A stretch of 64,000 bases of DNA, taken from NCBI RefSeq assembly GCF_904830955.1, contig NZ_LR882970.1; one strand, written 5' to 3'. Both the position numbers and the translations under genes were made by a program. Source of the stretch: Planktothrix tepida. Lineage in GTDB: Bacteria; Cyanobacteriota; Cyanobacteriia; Cyanobacteriales; Microcoleaceae. The notes beneath the pieces are model-generated. The model ran no database searches, had not been told where the DNA came from, and saw only the letters and a program-made list of their open reading frames with translations. Positions 19,529 through 30,348 of this stretch are shown here, one piece after another. Position 1 is the stretch's first letter. Every line of letters starts with the position of its first letter.

Positions 19529-20116
19529 ATGTATACCCACTTTCAAGCTTCTCAAACTGTTGAAATGGCTGTACCCAAGCCCAATTTGATTCACCATTAT
19601 CTACGTCAACCGAAACGTTTGGTGAAGGCGTTAGTTGATCCGACTCGTTTGGATCACTTGGGAGAGGAGATTTACCGCTTAAAAATGCGTCCTTTGCAGT
19701 TCATGATGTTCAGTTTACAACCGACGGTAGACTTGAAAGTCTGGATACAGTCCGATGGAATTCTTAACTTAAAATCCGTTGGCTGTGAAATTCGAGGAAT
19801 TGAGTATATTAATCAACGGTTTTCCCTGAATTTAGTGGGGAAACTCTATCCAGTTCAATTACAAGGAATTACCCATTTAAAAGGTCAAGCGGATTTAGAA
19901 GTAAAAGTTGAACTTCCTCCCCCTTTATGGTTAACGCCCCAACCTATTTTAGAAACAACCGGAAATGGATTATTAAAAAGCGTGCTGATGACGGTTAGGC
20001 ACCGATTAGTTCATAATTTATTATCGGATTATTCCCATTGGTCTGAAGAACAATTAGGAGTTGGGGGACGCCAACCTCAGTCTAACAATGCGGTATCGAG
20101 TATGGAGTGGCTGTAG
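19529..20116 (+). CDS. conserved hypothetical protein (possibly DUF1997 family)
   Basis: 195 aa; family assignment from memory, weak. Confidence 0.55.
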   Translation: MYTHFQASQTVEMAVPKPNLIHHYLRQPKRLVKALVDPTRLDHLGEEIYRLKMRPLQFMMFSLQPTVDLKVWIQSDGILNLKSVGCEIRGIEYINQRFSLNLVGKLYPVQLQGITHLKGQADLEVKVELPPPLWLTPQPILETTGNGLLKSVLMTVRHRLVHNLLSDYSHWSEEQLGVGGRQPQSNNAVSSMEWL

Positions 20117-20239
20117 CGTTAAGTTGTGAGAGATCACATTCCTAAGATGATGTAGATCACAATTAACCTTTGTTCCTCATCACCCTATTGTTTCCGTAGA
20201 AATCAGTACAGTAAAGGTATCAGGATCACCCCAGGTTTT

Positions 20240-20506
20240 GTGGAAATCCCTGATACTAAATATTGTGATGGCTTTTACCAGGAGAATATTGCAATGACTT
20301 GTATTCGTGATGTTGTTCAAGAAGTGATGTCTACCGGCTATCTTAGCCTTCATACCGAAAACAAATTAAGACAAATGCTACAAACTACCCATTATGGTAC
20401 AGATGATATTAATGCCTTTGCCAATTTGCAGTTAGCAGCAATGTCAGGGAAGGTTAAGCAGGAGTCGCGGGAATTATATCAATTGGCGATTATGCAACAG
20501 TTTTAA
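20240..20506 (+). CDS. hypothetical small protein
   Basis: 88-aa ORF. Confidence 0.4.
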   Translation: MEIPDTKYCDGFYQENIAMTCIRDVVQEVMSTGYLSLHTENKLRQMLQTTHYGTDDINAFANLQLAAMSGKVKQESRELYQLAIMQQF

Positions 20507-20847
20507 ACTTAAACTTGCGGATAGGAAGCACCGAAGAACTCATTTTTAAACTTTTATTATTTTCCTGGAATATTATTATCATTTTTTTATTAAGATTAAT
20601 TAATTTTTCTATATTTTTAAATTTATAGGTAATTATTTTTGATCATATAGCAATCCCAAATAGATTGTAATAATTTAAAAGAGAACAGTCGGTTATGACT
20701 CTTGTTATAAGGTTTAGTCTTGTCAAACCCCTTATCTTCTGACCGGGCTAGTTGTGATCCATATCACTTTTGAGATGTTAATTCAGTCAAACGCCATCGT
20801 GCGTATTCTCACGGAGATGACGATAAGAGCATCACGGGGAAACCCTA

Positions 20848-21363
20848 GTGGTATCACTGACAGTTGGGGATAATACCGCGATTATTAACAATACAAATCA
20901 GGATAGTCCCTTAGAGAGAAACACAAGAATGATCGTGGTTGTCAAATCTAGTCAAACCTTTGTGAGCGCGACGGGTTCACTCAAACCCATTCCCTTATCC
21001 ACTAAATTTGGTGAGATTGAGTTGGAACAACTTTGTAGAATTGCTCAACAAAATCAATGGAAAACCGAAGATCTCGAACATCGAATTGCTCAAGCTCGGT
21101 TGATGGTGGATGCGAATTGGGCGACTCCCAAGGATTATGCTCTTTTAGAGTTAGATAAACGCGGGAAATTACATCTGGTGGATGGGGTAGAGTATTGGAT
21201 GGTGGAATTAGATCAAAACCGTGCGGCTGGAGTTTACTTAAATCCAGATGCTTATACTCTCGATGTCATGATTGTCAATGTAGAATGGTTCGCACCCATT
21301 CATCGGGAGACAGTAACTACTCTTCAACGATTAATCGAGTTAACAGAATCTCCTTATCCTTAA
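20848..21363 (+). CDS. hypothetical protein
   Basis: 171-aa ORF (start may be internal Met MIVVVK). Confidence 0.5.
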   Translation: MVSLTVGDNTAIINNTNQDSPLERNTRMIVVVKSSQTFVSATGSLKPIPLSTKFGEIELEQLCRIAQQNQWKTEDLEHRIAQARLMVDANWATPKDYALLELDKRGKLHLVDGVEYWMVELDQNRAAGVYLNPDAYTLDVMIVNVEWFAPIHRETVTTLQRLIELTESPYP

Positions 21364-21380
21364 ATATTCAAAGTCAGGGT

Positions 21381-22184
21381 TTAATGATTTTGGGGTTGAG
21401 TTGGCATCGAATTAATTTCAACGTTAATCCAAGGAACTCCAATTAACCTTTCTAGTCCGTTCGCTTTTAAAAGATTGTCCCAAGTAGCTGTTAAAGTCGC
21501 ATCATTAGGATTTTGATGACGTAATTCATCTAATAAAATCAGGGCATCATATTCTAATCCCAGGGATTGATACAGTTTAAAACGATCATAAGCGGTCATC
21601 TGTTGTAGAAGTTTTGTTTGTATTTCTCGATTAGTGGAAAGCCGTTGGATTTTTCCTTTAATCATAGTGCTTCCACTAAAATCTCCTGTCGTGTCACAAG
21701 TGATTTGAAAAGACCAAGAATAAGGATTACCCGTTTCTACAAATAACTCAGCAACGGATTTGGGTAAACTGATACGCAATAAACCAGATTGAGCTTCTAA
21801 ATTCAATTTCCCTTCATAGATTGTGTTTTTATTTTGATCTGTAATGATGAATTCTCCTAGGAAGGGTGATTGTTCAGGAACAGATAAAATCTGATCGGAT
21901 TTCAAAGGGGGAATATAAAATAAAAAAGTAGGAGTATCTGCTAAGGTCGTTGGTGTCCCCTGTTTGGGTTTAATGGCAATTAATGGAATATCAAAACAAT
22001 ATCCTCGCGTGATATTCGGTTCTGTGGCAGGTTTGTCGGTATCGGGTGGGGGTGTTACATCTTCACTGACTTGAATGGGAGAGGTTTGAGGTTGTGGAGA
22101 TTGTTGGAATATAGAAAAGTTAAAACCTAGCCCCGTGGCTAAGGTCATACTGAGGAAAGCGAAATGGAATGGATGACGTGACAT
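21381..22184 (-). CDS. hypothetical secreted protein (signal peptide; possibly DUF928-like)
   Basis: N-terminal signal peptide, Pro/Thr-rich linker. Confidence 0.55.
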   Translation of the reverse strand: MSRHPFHFAFLSMTLATGLGFNFSIFQQSPQPQTSPIQVSEDVTPPPDTDKPATEPNITRGYCFDIPLIAIKPKQGTPTTLADTPTFLFYIPPLKSDQILSVPEQSPFLGEFIITDQNKNTIYEGKLNLEAQSGLLRISLPKSVAELFVETGNPYSWSFQITCDTTGDFSGSTMIKGKIQRLSTNREIQTKLLQQMTAYDRFKLYQSLGLEYDALILLDELRHQNPNDATLTATWDNLLKANGLERLIGVPWINVEINSMPTQPQNH

Positions 22185-22359
22185 TTATGTTTTTCCTCGT
22201 CTATAAAATACGTTAACCTGACCTGTAATCTCCTAATTATTGCATCAGTGTAGCATTCAGATTCATTCTAGTTTTCTGCTAGCTCATTGGAATGACTCAG
22301 GAAATATTCAGGGAGACTCGGTTAAACTATAAACAACCTCTTTAGGCATAGTTTTTTAT

Positions 22360-23174
22360 ATGAAATTCTGGAAAAAATTACTGATTGATCCATGCTATCA
22401 AATTACTTTAATTTATGCAATAACGGGTGGTCTTTGGATTGCTTTTTCTGATCATCTATTAGCCCTATTAGCCCATTATCCCTATTCTATTACGGTTTTT
22501 CAAACGATTAAAGGCTGGTTTTTTATCTTAATTACCAGTCTCCTCCTCTATTATTTAATTCGTCAAGAAACCCAGCGTTTGCAACTTTCCGAAAAACGGT
22601 ATCGAGATTTATTTTTGAATCATCCTCAACCTATTGGGGTTTATGATCTAAAAACGTTAAAATTTTTGGCTGTTAATGAAGCTGCGATCGCTCATTATGG
22701 TTATTCAGAATCAGAATTTCTGAAGATGACAATTTTAGATCTGTGTTCTCCTGAAGAGTCTGAATCGTTTAAACTTTTGATGACATCAAATGCTAAAAGT
22801 AGTGATCAAAAAAATCTATCTAAACATCGCAAGAAAGATGGAATGTTAATTGATGTTGAAATTCTTTCTCATCAATTACAGATGATTTTGGAACCGGATA
22901 TTCTTCTTTAAGTTATTTACAGAATTTACCCATTGATACCCTAAAAATTGATAGGAGTTTTGTCAAAAATTTAGAATCTCCAGGGAAAGATTTGGAAATC
23001 ACAAAAACCATTGTTAATTTAGCCAAATGCCTGAATTTAGATATTATTGCTGAAGGGATAGAAACCCCAGTTCAAAAAGAAATTTTACAATCCTTGGGTT
23101 GCGAAGCCGGACAAGGATATTGGTTTTCACCGCCCTTAAATTGGACAGGAATAACAAATTTTTTATCGATTTAA
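22360..23174 (+). pseudogene. disrupted PAS-(GGDEF)-EAL c-di-GMP signalling gene: intact 2TM+PAS N-terminus (22360..22911), then frameshift/deletion junction, then EAL C-terminal ~95 aa
   Basis: frame +1 from 22878 reads DDFGTGYSSLSYLQNLPIDTLKIDRSFV...AEGIET...GQGYWFSPP (EAL C-terminal motifs) but is preceded by a stop; GGDEF and EAL N-half missing. Confidence 0.65.
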
Positions 23175-23254
23175 TTTAAGCAGTTGACGAAAGATCAGTT
23201 AAAATAGAGTTAAACTTCAAGATAGTTTATTTGTATTAGGACTTTAGGAACACT

Positions 23255-23779
23255 ATGGGACTATTCGATCAAATTATAACGGCTCTCAATGATCCAAACC
23301 AAGCCGGAAACAGCACTCAGATGAGTAATATTCTCAATACGGCTCAACAGCTTGGGAACCAATTAGGTATTTCTCCTCAAACCAGTCAAATGGTGATGTC
23401 AATGGTGGGGAGTTCTGTTCGGTCTTCTTTACAAGAAAAACGAACCCAACTTGGAAATGAGGCGACTCAAAATATCGTCAATGAATTTGGAGGAACAACA
23501 CCGAGTACCCAGGCGGTTCAAATGTTATTTTCTCCCACTCAGCAACAACAATTAATTCAAACTATTTCTCAACATACGGGTGTTAGTTCCCAAACCCTTC
23601 AATCCCTTTTACCAGTGGTTGTTCCTTTAGTTTTAAACCTTCTAAAAACCGGAACAAATCAACAACAACCTCAAGGAGGTTCTAATCAAGTTTTGAATAG
23701 TTTTTTAGATGCAGATGGCGATGGAGATGTTGATGTTGCGGATGCGATGCGTTTAGCAGGACAATATTTTCAAAGTTAA
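23255..23779 (+). CDS. DUF937-family protein (YidB-like)
   Basis: MGLFDQI N-terminus and Gln-rich low-complexity, C-terminal DADGDGDVDVADAMRLAGQYF. Confidence 0.6.
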   Translation: MGLFDQIITALNDPNQAGNSTQMSNILNTAQQLGNQLGISPQTSQMVMSMVGSSVRSSLQEKRTQLGNEATQNIVNEFGGTTPSTQAVQMLFSPTQQQQLIQTISQHTGVSSQTLQSLLPVVVPLVLNLLKTGTNQQQPQGGSNQVLNSFLDADGDGDVDVADAMRLAGQYFQS

Positions 23780-23833
23780 AGGAAATAGGGAGAAGGAGAG
23801 GGAATACCAAATCGGAAATTAGCACCAAAAATT

Positions 23834-24127
23834 ATGGTTATTGAGTGGTTAAAATTTCAAGTTCCCCCTGAAAAATGGGAAGCCTTTATTCAACGGGATG
23901 AAGAAGTTTGGACAGCCGGACTTCAAGAGTTTCCTGGGTTTTTAGGAAAAGAAATTTGGGTTAATGCTGAACAACAGGAAATTGTTTTAGTGATTCGTTG
24001 GGAGTCTCAGACCCAATGGGATGCTGTTCCCGAATCTAAAATCCAACAACTCGACGAAGCAATGGGCGAATTACAAATGCCTATTGTAGAAAGTCGAGCT
24101 TATCAAATGTCGAAATTGATTCCCTAA
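23834..24127 (+). CDS. small conserved protein (TIGR03792-like / ABM-fold-like)
   Basis: 97 aa, MVIEWLKF...EVW...FLGKEIW pattern; from memory. Confidence 0.5.
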   Translation: MVIEWLKFQVPPEKWEAFIQRDEEVWTAGLQEFPGFLGKEIWVNAEQQEIVLVIRWESQTQWDAVPESKIQQLDEAMGELQMPIVESRAYQMSKLIP

Positions 24128-24134
24128 AAATCCG

Positions 24135-24278
24135 TTAAATTATTGATGATAATTTGTGAATTAAAGCCAGAATAAAATTCACACTTAGAAACCCAACCCC
24201 AATCACTAAAATCACAAAAGTTGTAAGACTCAATATTGAGCGCAACCTATCGGATTTTAAGGGTTCATTAGGTTTCAT
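24135..24278 (-). CDS. candidate small single-TM ORF (47 aa, MKPNEPLKSDRLRSILSLTTFVILVIGVGFLSVNFILALIHKLSSII)
   Basis: not in ORF track; AGGAGA 7 nt upstream of alternative ATG at 24284. Confidence 0.25.
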   Translation of the reverse strand: MKPNEPLKSDRLRSILSLTTFVILVIGVGFLSVNFILALIHKLSSII

Positions 24279-24566
24279 GGTCATTCATCTCCTAGGAATT
24301 ATCGTTTTTTGAGTCTTTTGTTACCCTTTTACAAACCCCATTTTCTAGGGATGAGGATTGAAAACAAGAGTTAAAGGTGTTAAAATCCAGACCAGTCAAG
24401 ACAATCACGGCAGAAGTTAAACTGATTCTGTCCGACCCCAACATCTTAACAGTTAAGCACTCAGGAAGCGAGTATCACTTAGTAAATTTTGCGTGCGTTG
24501 ATCGATTAATTTCTGTATTCTGGAGTTAGCCACTCTGTCCTACTCTAGCCAGTAAAATAGATTATT

Positions 24567-25469
24567 ATGTTTCCTCCAGCCTCTTCTGCCCATCCTTCTC
24601 GACCCCATGCTATAACTCCTAGCGCTATGCCAATGCCTAACTCTATCTTTCCTAGAACGGTTTTTTCAACGTTGAAACAACGGCATTGGTTAGAGTGGTT
24701 AGAGTATCTCTCCCTAGCAAGTTCAGCCATCGGTTCTGGAGTTGTTGCCCTTTCCGGTCAAGCCTTTTATGGCGTTGCCCCCTTAACCTTAGCAGTTTCA
24801 TTAAATGTTGCTAACCGCTATCGTTTAGAACAACAAACCCATCAAAGTCAAATGGAAATTGTACAGGTTCAAAATTCCGTTGAAAAATTAGAAAAAAATA
24901 CGGTTAAAGTGGTTATGGGGTTGAGACAACAACTCCTCAATGAAATTGAATCCCTCCAGCAAAAATTAGAAGAATATCCGAACACAGACGCTTTAGAATC
25001 GGTTTATCGAGCTAAACAAGTTGCCGCTTTAGGACAGTCAGTAACATCCATGCAGGAACATATTGCTGGAGCTTTAGAAGAAGTTCGGGAGCAGTTTCGT
25101 CAAGAATTACACAATTTTTCCTCAACAGAATTTGTCCATTTAGAATCGTTACAAGAAAATTTGAAACAATTACAGGATATTACCTACGAATTAAGAAATA
25201 ATGCTGTAACTCAACAGGATTTTCAAGGCCGATTTGTAGAAATTCAAGATGTCATTCATCAATTACAACAAGAAAAATCTGTACAACCTTCTTCCTCGGT
25301 AGATTTATCCCAAATTCAAACGAGATTAGATGCACTAACCCAAGAACATAAAGAGGTGATTAAACCCCATCTGAGACGTTTATTGTCCGTTGTTAAACAA
25401 TTACAAACCACTCAGACTCGACCCTTGCCCGTTCCTCCTAAACCCCTGCCCAAACATCCCACCCAATAA
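24567..25469 (+). CDS. hypothetical coiled-coil protein with one TM segment
   Basis: heptad-rich Q/E/L sequence, Pro-rich C-terminus; true start probably internal. Confidence 0.55.
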   Translation: MFPPASSAHPSRPHAITPSAMPMPNSIFPRTVFSTLKQRHWLEWLEYLSLASSAIGSGVVALSGQAFYGVAPLTLAVSLNVANRYRLEQQTHQSQMEIVQVQNSVEKLEKNTVKVVMGLRQQLLNEIESLQQKLEEYPNTDALESVYRAKQVAALGQSVTSMQEHIAGALEEVREQFRQELHNFSSTEFVHLESLQENLKQLQDITYELRNNAVTQQDFQGRFVEIQDVIHQLQQEKSVQPSSSVDLSQIQTRLDALTQEHKEVIKPHLRRLLSVVKQLQTTQTRPLPVPPKPLPKHPTQ

Positions 25470-25576
25470 GGATAACCTACCTTTTCTAAAAATCAAAAAC
25501 TTTTGTTAATATTGACCCAAACTATTTTATAATCTGAGATGATTCTACACGCTATAAATTCTACGAGGAAGATTAC

Positions 25577-26020
25577 ATGGCTGTTTCAGAAATCACTGAA
25601 AAATTGTTAGCCGCAAAAAAACATAAAGGAGTCACATTTTCTGATTTAGAACAACTATTGGGACGCGATGAAGTTTGGATTGCTGCTGTTATCTATCGGC
25701 AAGCTAGTGCTTCTTATGAAGAAGCCAAAAAACTGATTGAAGCGTTAGGTTTAAGTTCAGAATATATTGAAGCCTTGACTGATTATCCAGTAAAAGGATC
25801 ACTGGAGCCTGTGATTCCAACTGATCCCTTAATTTATCGATTTTATGAAATTATGCAAGTCTATGGAATGCCCCTCAAAAGTGTCATTCATGAAAAATTT
25901 GGAGATGGTATTATGAGCGCTATTGATTTTACCTTAGATGTGGATAAAATTGAAGATCCAAATGGTGATCGGGTTAAAGTCACGATGAATGGAAAATTCT
26001 TACCGTATAAAAAATGGTAA
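25577..26020 (+). CDS. cynS: cyanate hydratase (cyanase)
   Basis: 147 aa, full-length match to CynS N-terminal HTH-like and C-terminal catalytic domain ([17 protein letters not shown]). Confidence 0.9.
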   Translation: MAVSEITEKLLAAKKHKGVTFSDLEQLLGRDEVWIAAVIYRQASASYEEAKKLIEALGLSSEYIEALTDYPVKGSLEPVIPTDPLIYRFYEIMQVYGMPLKSVIHEKFGDGIMSAIDFTLDVDKIEDPNGDRVKVTMNGKFLPYKKW

Positions 26021-26089
26021 TTTTTTGAATGGATCTCTGAGATTTCTCCTAGTTAAATACTGGGAGAAATTTTTGACTAAAATGTAATC

Positions 26090-26240
26090 CTATGATACAG
26101 TCAAGGATCTGAGTCGGTTCTAGCGGGGAACAGTCGCTAGAAGTAAGGGGAAAGTTTGGCGCAAATCCAACACTGTCCCGCAACTGTGATGAGAGTCTTG
26201 ATCTCTAAGTCAGAATACCCACCGAAATCAGATTATTCTT
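26090..26240 (+). ncRNA. cobalamin (B12) riboswitch
   Basis: AAGGGGAAAGTTTGGCGCAAATCCAACACTGTCCCGCAACTGTGA matches core consensus (AAGGGAA..GGTG.AAATCC..AC.GTCCCGC.ACTGT.A); B12-box-like AAGTCAGAATACCCACC near 3' end; upstream of hupE. Confidence 0.75.
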
Positions 26241-26261
26241 TCACACATCTGCGCGGTACAG

Positions 26262-26942
26262 ATGATGTTTATGATGTTCAAATCATTTCAGCGTTTTTGT
26301 CAGGATTTCTCGCTACAAAATAATAATCGAGTCTTTTTTTTAGGCATCAGTTTATTATTACTGTTGATGGCGCAACCTGCCACAGCCCATCATGCCTTTG
26401 GCGGTCGAATTCCGAAGAATTTTTTTGAAGGATTTTTATCAGGACTCGCTCATCCCATCATTGGAATTGATCACTTTGCCTTTATTCTTTCCATTGGTTT
26501 AATTGCAGCTAGTATTGTGGGTGGAATTTGGATAATTGTCGGGTTTCTAGGGGCTGCTATGTTAGGGACAGCAATCCATTTAATGAGTTTTAATTTGCCG
26601 GTTCCTGAAGTGGCGATCGCCCTATCGGTGATTACCATTGGCATTTTATTAGTGCTGAAAAAACAATTACCCCTAGCCGTATTAATCAGTTTAGCAAGCG
26701 TAGCGGGTTTATTTCATGGCTATGCCTATGGAGAATCAATTATGGGGGCAGGAATGATGCCTTTAATCTCCTATTTGGCAGGATTTACTTTGATTCAATT
26801 GGGAATAGCGGGAGCGACGATGAAACTCGCTCAATCCTTCCAACAAACCTTAGAAACTAGCAAATATTCCCTGATCAAATATTCAGGTTTTGCTGTTGTA
26901 GCGATTGGGGTAATTGCTTTATCTAGTGCAATTACAGGCTAA
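26262..26942 (+). CDS. hupE: HupE/UreJ family metal (Ni/Co) transporter
   Basis: signal peptide, HPxxGxDH motif (LAHPIIGIDH), 6 TM. Confidence 0.8.
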   Translation: MMFMMFKSFQRFCQDFSLQNNNRVFFLGISLLLLLMAQPATAHHAFGGRIPKNFFEGFLSGLAHPIIGIDHFAFILSIGLIAASIVGGIWIIVGFLGAAMLGTAIHLMSFNLPVPEVAIALSVITIGILLVLKKQLPLAVLISLASVAGLFHGYAYGESIMGAGMMPLISYLAGFTLIQLGIAGATMKLAQSFQQTLETSKYSLIKYSGFAVVAIGVIALSSAITG

Positions 26943-27030
26943 TTTCCCTTAAGTATATTTCAGTTTTACTGCTGTAGAGATGTTAAATTAAACGTCTCTA
27001 CTTTTTACCTTTAATCTTTAACTCAATCTT

Positions 27031-28068
27031 ATGTCTGCCAAAATTCCTGTTACCGTCATTACTGGATTTTTAGGAAGTGGAAAAACCACCACCATTCGTC
27101 ATTTATTACAAAATAATCAAGGTCGTCGCATAGCCGTTTTAGTGAATGAATTTGGAGAAGTCGGTATTGATGGAGAATTGATCCGTTCTTGTCAAGTTTG
27201 CGATGATGAAACCCCAGAAGTCAACTTAGTAGAACTCACCAATGGTTGTTTATGTTGTACCGTGCAGGAAGAGTTTTTTCCCGCTATGCAAGAACTTCTA
27301 AAACGACGAGATAAAATCGATCATATTGTGATTGAAACCTCTGGGTTAGCATTACCAAAACCCTTAGTTCAAGCCTTCCGATGGCCGGAAATTCGCACGG
27401 GTGCAACAGTTGATGGTGTTATAACCGTAGTAGACTGTGAAGCCATTGCTAAGGGGACGTTAGTGGGGGATATTGAAGCAGTTGAAGCCCAACGTCAAGC
27501 TGATCCTAATTTAGATCATGAAACCCCTATTGAAGAATTATTTGAAGATCAACTCGCCTGTGCGGATTTAATTTTATTAACAAAAACCGATCATGTTGAT
27601 GCCGAAACTCAACAGAAAGTTGAAACCTGGTTAAAACAAGAATTGCGTGAGGGCGTTAAAATTGTTTCTTGTCAACAGGGAAATATTCATCCTGATGTGA
27701 TTTTAGGGTTTAATTCAGCCGTTGAGGATAATTTAGAAGCCCGTCCCAGTCATCATGACACTGAAGAAGAACACGAACATGATGATAATATTAATTCAGT
27801 TCCTGTGATTTTAACCCAAGACTTTGAACCTCAAGACTTAATTGAACGGTTAAAAACAATAGTTAAACAACAGGAAATTTACCGGATTAAAGGGTTTGTT
27901 TCGGTTCCCCATAAACCGATGCGGTTAGTTTTACAAGGAGTTGGCGATCGCATTGAAACCTTTTATGATCGTCTCTGGAAACCAACAGAATCTCGTCAAA
28001 CCCAATTAGTATTTATTGGGGAAAATTTACAAGCTTCTGAAATTAAAAATGCCGTTTTAGGGAATTAA
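27031..28068 (+). CDS. COG0523 (CobW/HypB/UreG-type G3E) GTPase metallochaperone
   Basis: Walker A GFLGSGKTT, GCLCC metal motif, His/acidic stretch HHDTEEEHEHDD, C-terminal CobW_C. Confidence 0.85.
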   Translation: MSAKIPVTVITGFLGSGKTTTIRHLLQNNQGRRIAVLVNEFGEVGIDGELIRSCQVCDDETPEVNLVELTNGCLCCTVQEEFFPAMQELLKRRDKIDHIVIETSGLALPKPLVQAFRWPEIRTGATVDGVITVVDCEAIAKGTLVGDIEAVEAQRQADPNLDHETPIEELFEDQLACADLILLTKTDHVDAETQQKVETWLKQELREGVKIVSCQQGNIHPDVILGFNSAVEDNLEARPSHHDTEEEHEHDDNINSVPVILTQDFEPQDLIERLKTIVKQQEIYRIKGFVSVPHKPMRLVLQGVGDRIETFYDRLWKPTESRQTQLVFIGENLQASEIKNAVLGN

Positions 28069-28316
28069 AACCTATTTTTAGGGTTGATAGGGGCGGGTTA
28101 AAGTTAACTTTTGATCCTCAAAAATCATTGATTAACACCTGCCCTAATTTTGTGCCAAAATTTGTAAATCATTAGGATCGGTAGTCTTCAAGATTAAGAA
28201 TAGCCCCAAACTTAAATTATAGGTCAGGGAACCAGTAGACGTTACACTGCGTTACAACACGATAGAATATAAGGTGATCTAGCCAGAAACCATATTGACA
28301 AGGAGATAACCAACGC

Positions 28317-30344
28317 ATGGGCAAAGTAGTCGGCATTGACTTGGGGACAACGAACTCTGTGGTTGCGGTCATGGAGGGCGGTAAACCCGTTGTGATTGCT
28401 AACTCTGAAGGGATGCGAACCACCCCCTCCGTCGTTGGGTTTACCAAGGAAGGAGAACGCATCGTGGGACAGATGGCTAGACGTCAGGCGGTTTTGAACC
28501 CCCAAAACACCTTTTATGGGGTCAAACGGCTGATGGGTTGTCGCTATTCTGACCTGTCTCCCGCCTCCAAACGGGTTCCCTACACGATGCGACGGGATGA
28601 AACGGATAATATTAGAATCAAATGTCCCAGAGTTAATAAAGATTTTGCGCCGGAAGAAATTTCGGCAATGATATTAAAAAAATTAGTTGAAGAAGCGACT
28701 CGGTATTTAGGAGAAGAAATTACCGGGGCTGTGATTACGGTTCCTGCCTATTTTAATGATTCTCAAAGACAAGCCACTAGAGATGCCGGACGCATTGCCG
28801 GATTAGAGGTTAAACGCATTTTAAATGAACCGACTGCGGCTTCTTTAGCTTATGGTTTAGAACGCAGAGATTATGGCACAATTTTAGTGTTTGATTTGGG
28901 GGGCGGAACCTTTGATGTCTCGGTTTTAGAGGTGGGAGAAGGGGTATTTGAAGTCAAGTCTACCAGTGGAGATACGCAACTGGGAGGAACGGATTTTGAT
29001 CAGAAAATTGTCGATTGGTTAGCAGAACAATTTCTATCAGAAGAAGGAGTAGATTTAAGACGCGATCGCCAATCGTTACAACGGTTAACAGAAGCGGCTG
29101 AAAAAGCAAAAATTGAGCTTTCTGGCGTTGGAGTTACGGATATTAATTTACCCTTTATTGCTGCTACAGAAGACGGCCCAAAACATTTAGAAACCCGCTT
29201 AACCAGAGGAGAATTTGAGGGATTATGTGGGGATTTAATTCAACGGTTACGTCGTCCGGTGAAACAAGCGTTAGCGGATGCGGGATTAACTTCTAATGAT
29301 ATTGATGATGTGATTTTAGTCGGCGGTTCTACTCGAATGCCAATGGTGCAACAATTAGTTAGAACGTTAATTGATTTAGAACCGAATCAAGGGGTGAATC
29401 CTGATGAAGTAGTGGCGGTTGGTGCGGCAATTCAAGCGGGAATTTTAGCCGGAGATGTACGAGATGTATTATTATTAGATGTTACTCCCTTATCGTTAGG
29501 ATTAGAAACCATTGGGGGAGTCATGAAAAAATTAATTCCCCGTAATACAACTATTCCAGTGCGTCGTTCTGATATTTTTTCAACTTCAGAAAATAACCAA
29601 ACTTTGGTAGAAGTTCATATCTTACAAGGAGAACGGGAATTAGCCGTTGATAATAAATCTTTAGGTCGGTTTAAGTTAACTGGAATTCCGCCCGCACCGC
29701 GAGGAGTTCCACAAATTCAAGTCGCTCTTGATATTGATGCGAATGGTATTTTACAAGTTACCGCCTTAGATAAAACCACCGGACGAGAACAAAGTGTTGT
29801 AATTCAAGGTGCTTCTACCTTATCTCAAGATGAAGTTAATCGCATGATTCGAGATGCGGAAAAATATGCAGAAGTTGACCGTTTACAACGAGAACGAGTC
29901 GAAAAACGCAACCGCGCCCAAGCTTTAACCTATCAAGCCGAACGACAATTAAGAGAAGTTGCTTTAGATTATGGAATGCAATTTGCTCAACGTCAACGGT
30001 CAAGAATTGAAACCTTAATTCGCTCTTTAAGAGATAGTTTAGAACGAGATGATGACCGAGGAATTGATCAAATTAGTGTGGATTTACAAGATGCTTTATA
30101 TGAGTTAAGTCGGGAAGTTTCTGTGTTTGCAACAGAGGATGATGAGGATGATTTATTTGGTTCAATTCGTCGAACCTTTTCCGGTGAAAAACGTCGAGTT
30201 GATCCCTATGAACCTCCGACTCGCAGTTATTCTCGATATGAACCCCGCACCAGCAGTGGCGGTAGTTTAGGTGGAGGTGTATCTCGGACTCGTCGCTATT
30301 CTCCCAGTGATAATTGGGATGATGATGATGATGATTGGCTGTAA
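28317..30344 (+). CDS. dnaK: molecular chaperone DnaK (Hsp70) paralog with extended Ser/Arg/Asp-rich C-terminus (DnaK3-like)
   Basis: [16 protein letters not shown], full NBD+SBD; 675 aa with C-terminal tail ending [11 protein letters not shown]. Confidence 0.95.
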   Translation: MGKVVGIDLGTTNSVVAVMEGGKPVVIANSEGMRTTPSVVGFTKEGERIVGQMARRQAVLNPQNTFYGVKRLMGCRYSDLSPASKRVPYTMRRDETDNIRIKCPRVNKDFAPEEISAMILKKLVEEATRYLGEEITGAVITVPAYFNDSQRQATRDAGRIAGLEVKRILNEPTAASLAYGLERRDYGTILVFDLGGGTFDVSVLEVGEGVFEVKSTSGDTQLGGTDFDQKIVDWLAEQFLSEEGVDLRRDRQSLQRLTEAAEKAKIELSGVGVTDINLPFIAATEDGPKHLETRLTRGEFEGLCGDLIQRLRRPVKQALADAGLTSNDIDDVILVGGSTRMPMVQQLVRTLIDLEPNQGVNPDEVVAVGAAIQAGILAGDVRDVLLLDVTPLSLGLETIGGVMKKLIPRNTTIPVRRSDIFSTSENNQTLVEVHILQGERELAVDNKSLGRFKLTGIPPAPRGVPQIQVALDIDANGILQVTALDKTTGREQSVVIQGASTLSQDEVNRMIRDAEKYAEVDRLQRERVEKRNRAQALTYQAERQLREVALDYGMQFAQRQRSRIETLIRSLRDSLERDDDRGIDQISVDLQDALYELSREVSVFATEDDEDDLFGSIRRTFSGEKRRVDPYEPPTRSYSRYEPRTSSGGSLGGGVSRTRRYSPSDNWDDDDDDWL

Positions 30345-30348
30345 CCTT

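Noticed and set aside
28217-28505. Two minus-strand ORFs overlapping the 5' end of dnaK
   Set aside because: They are antisense to a very confidently called Hsp70 gene and have no motifs.
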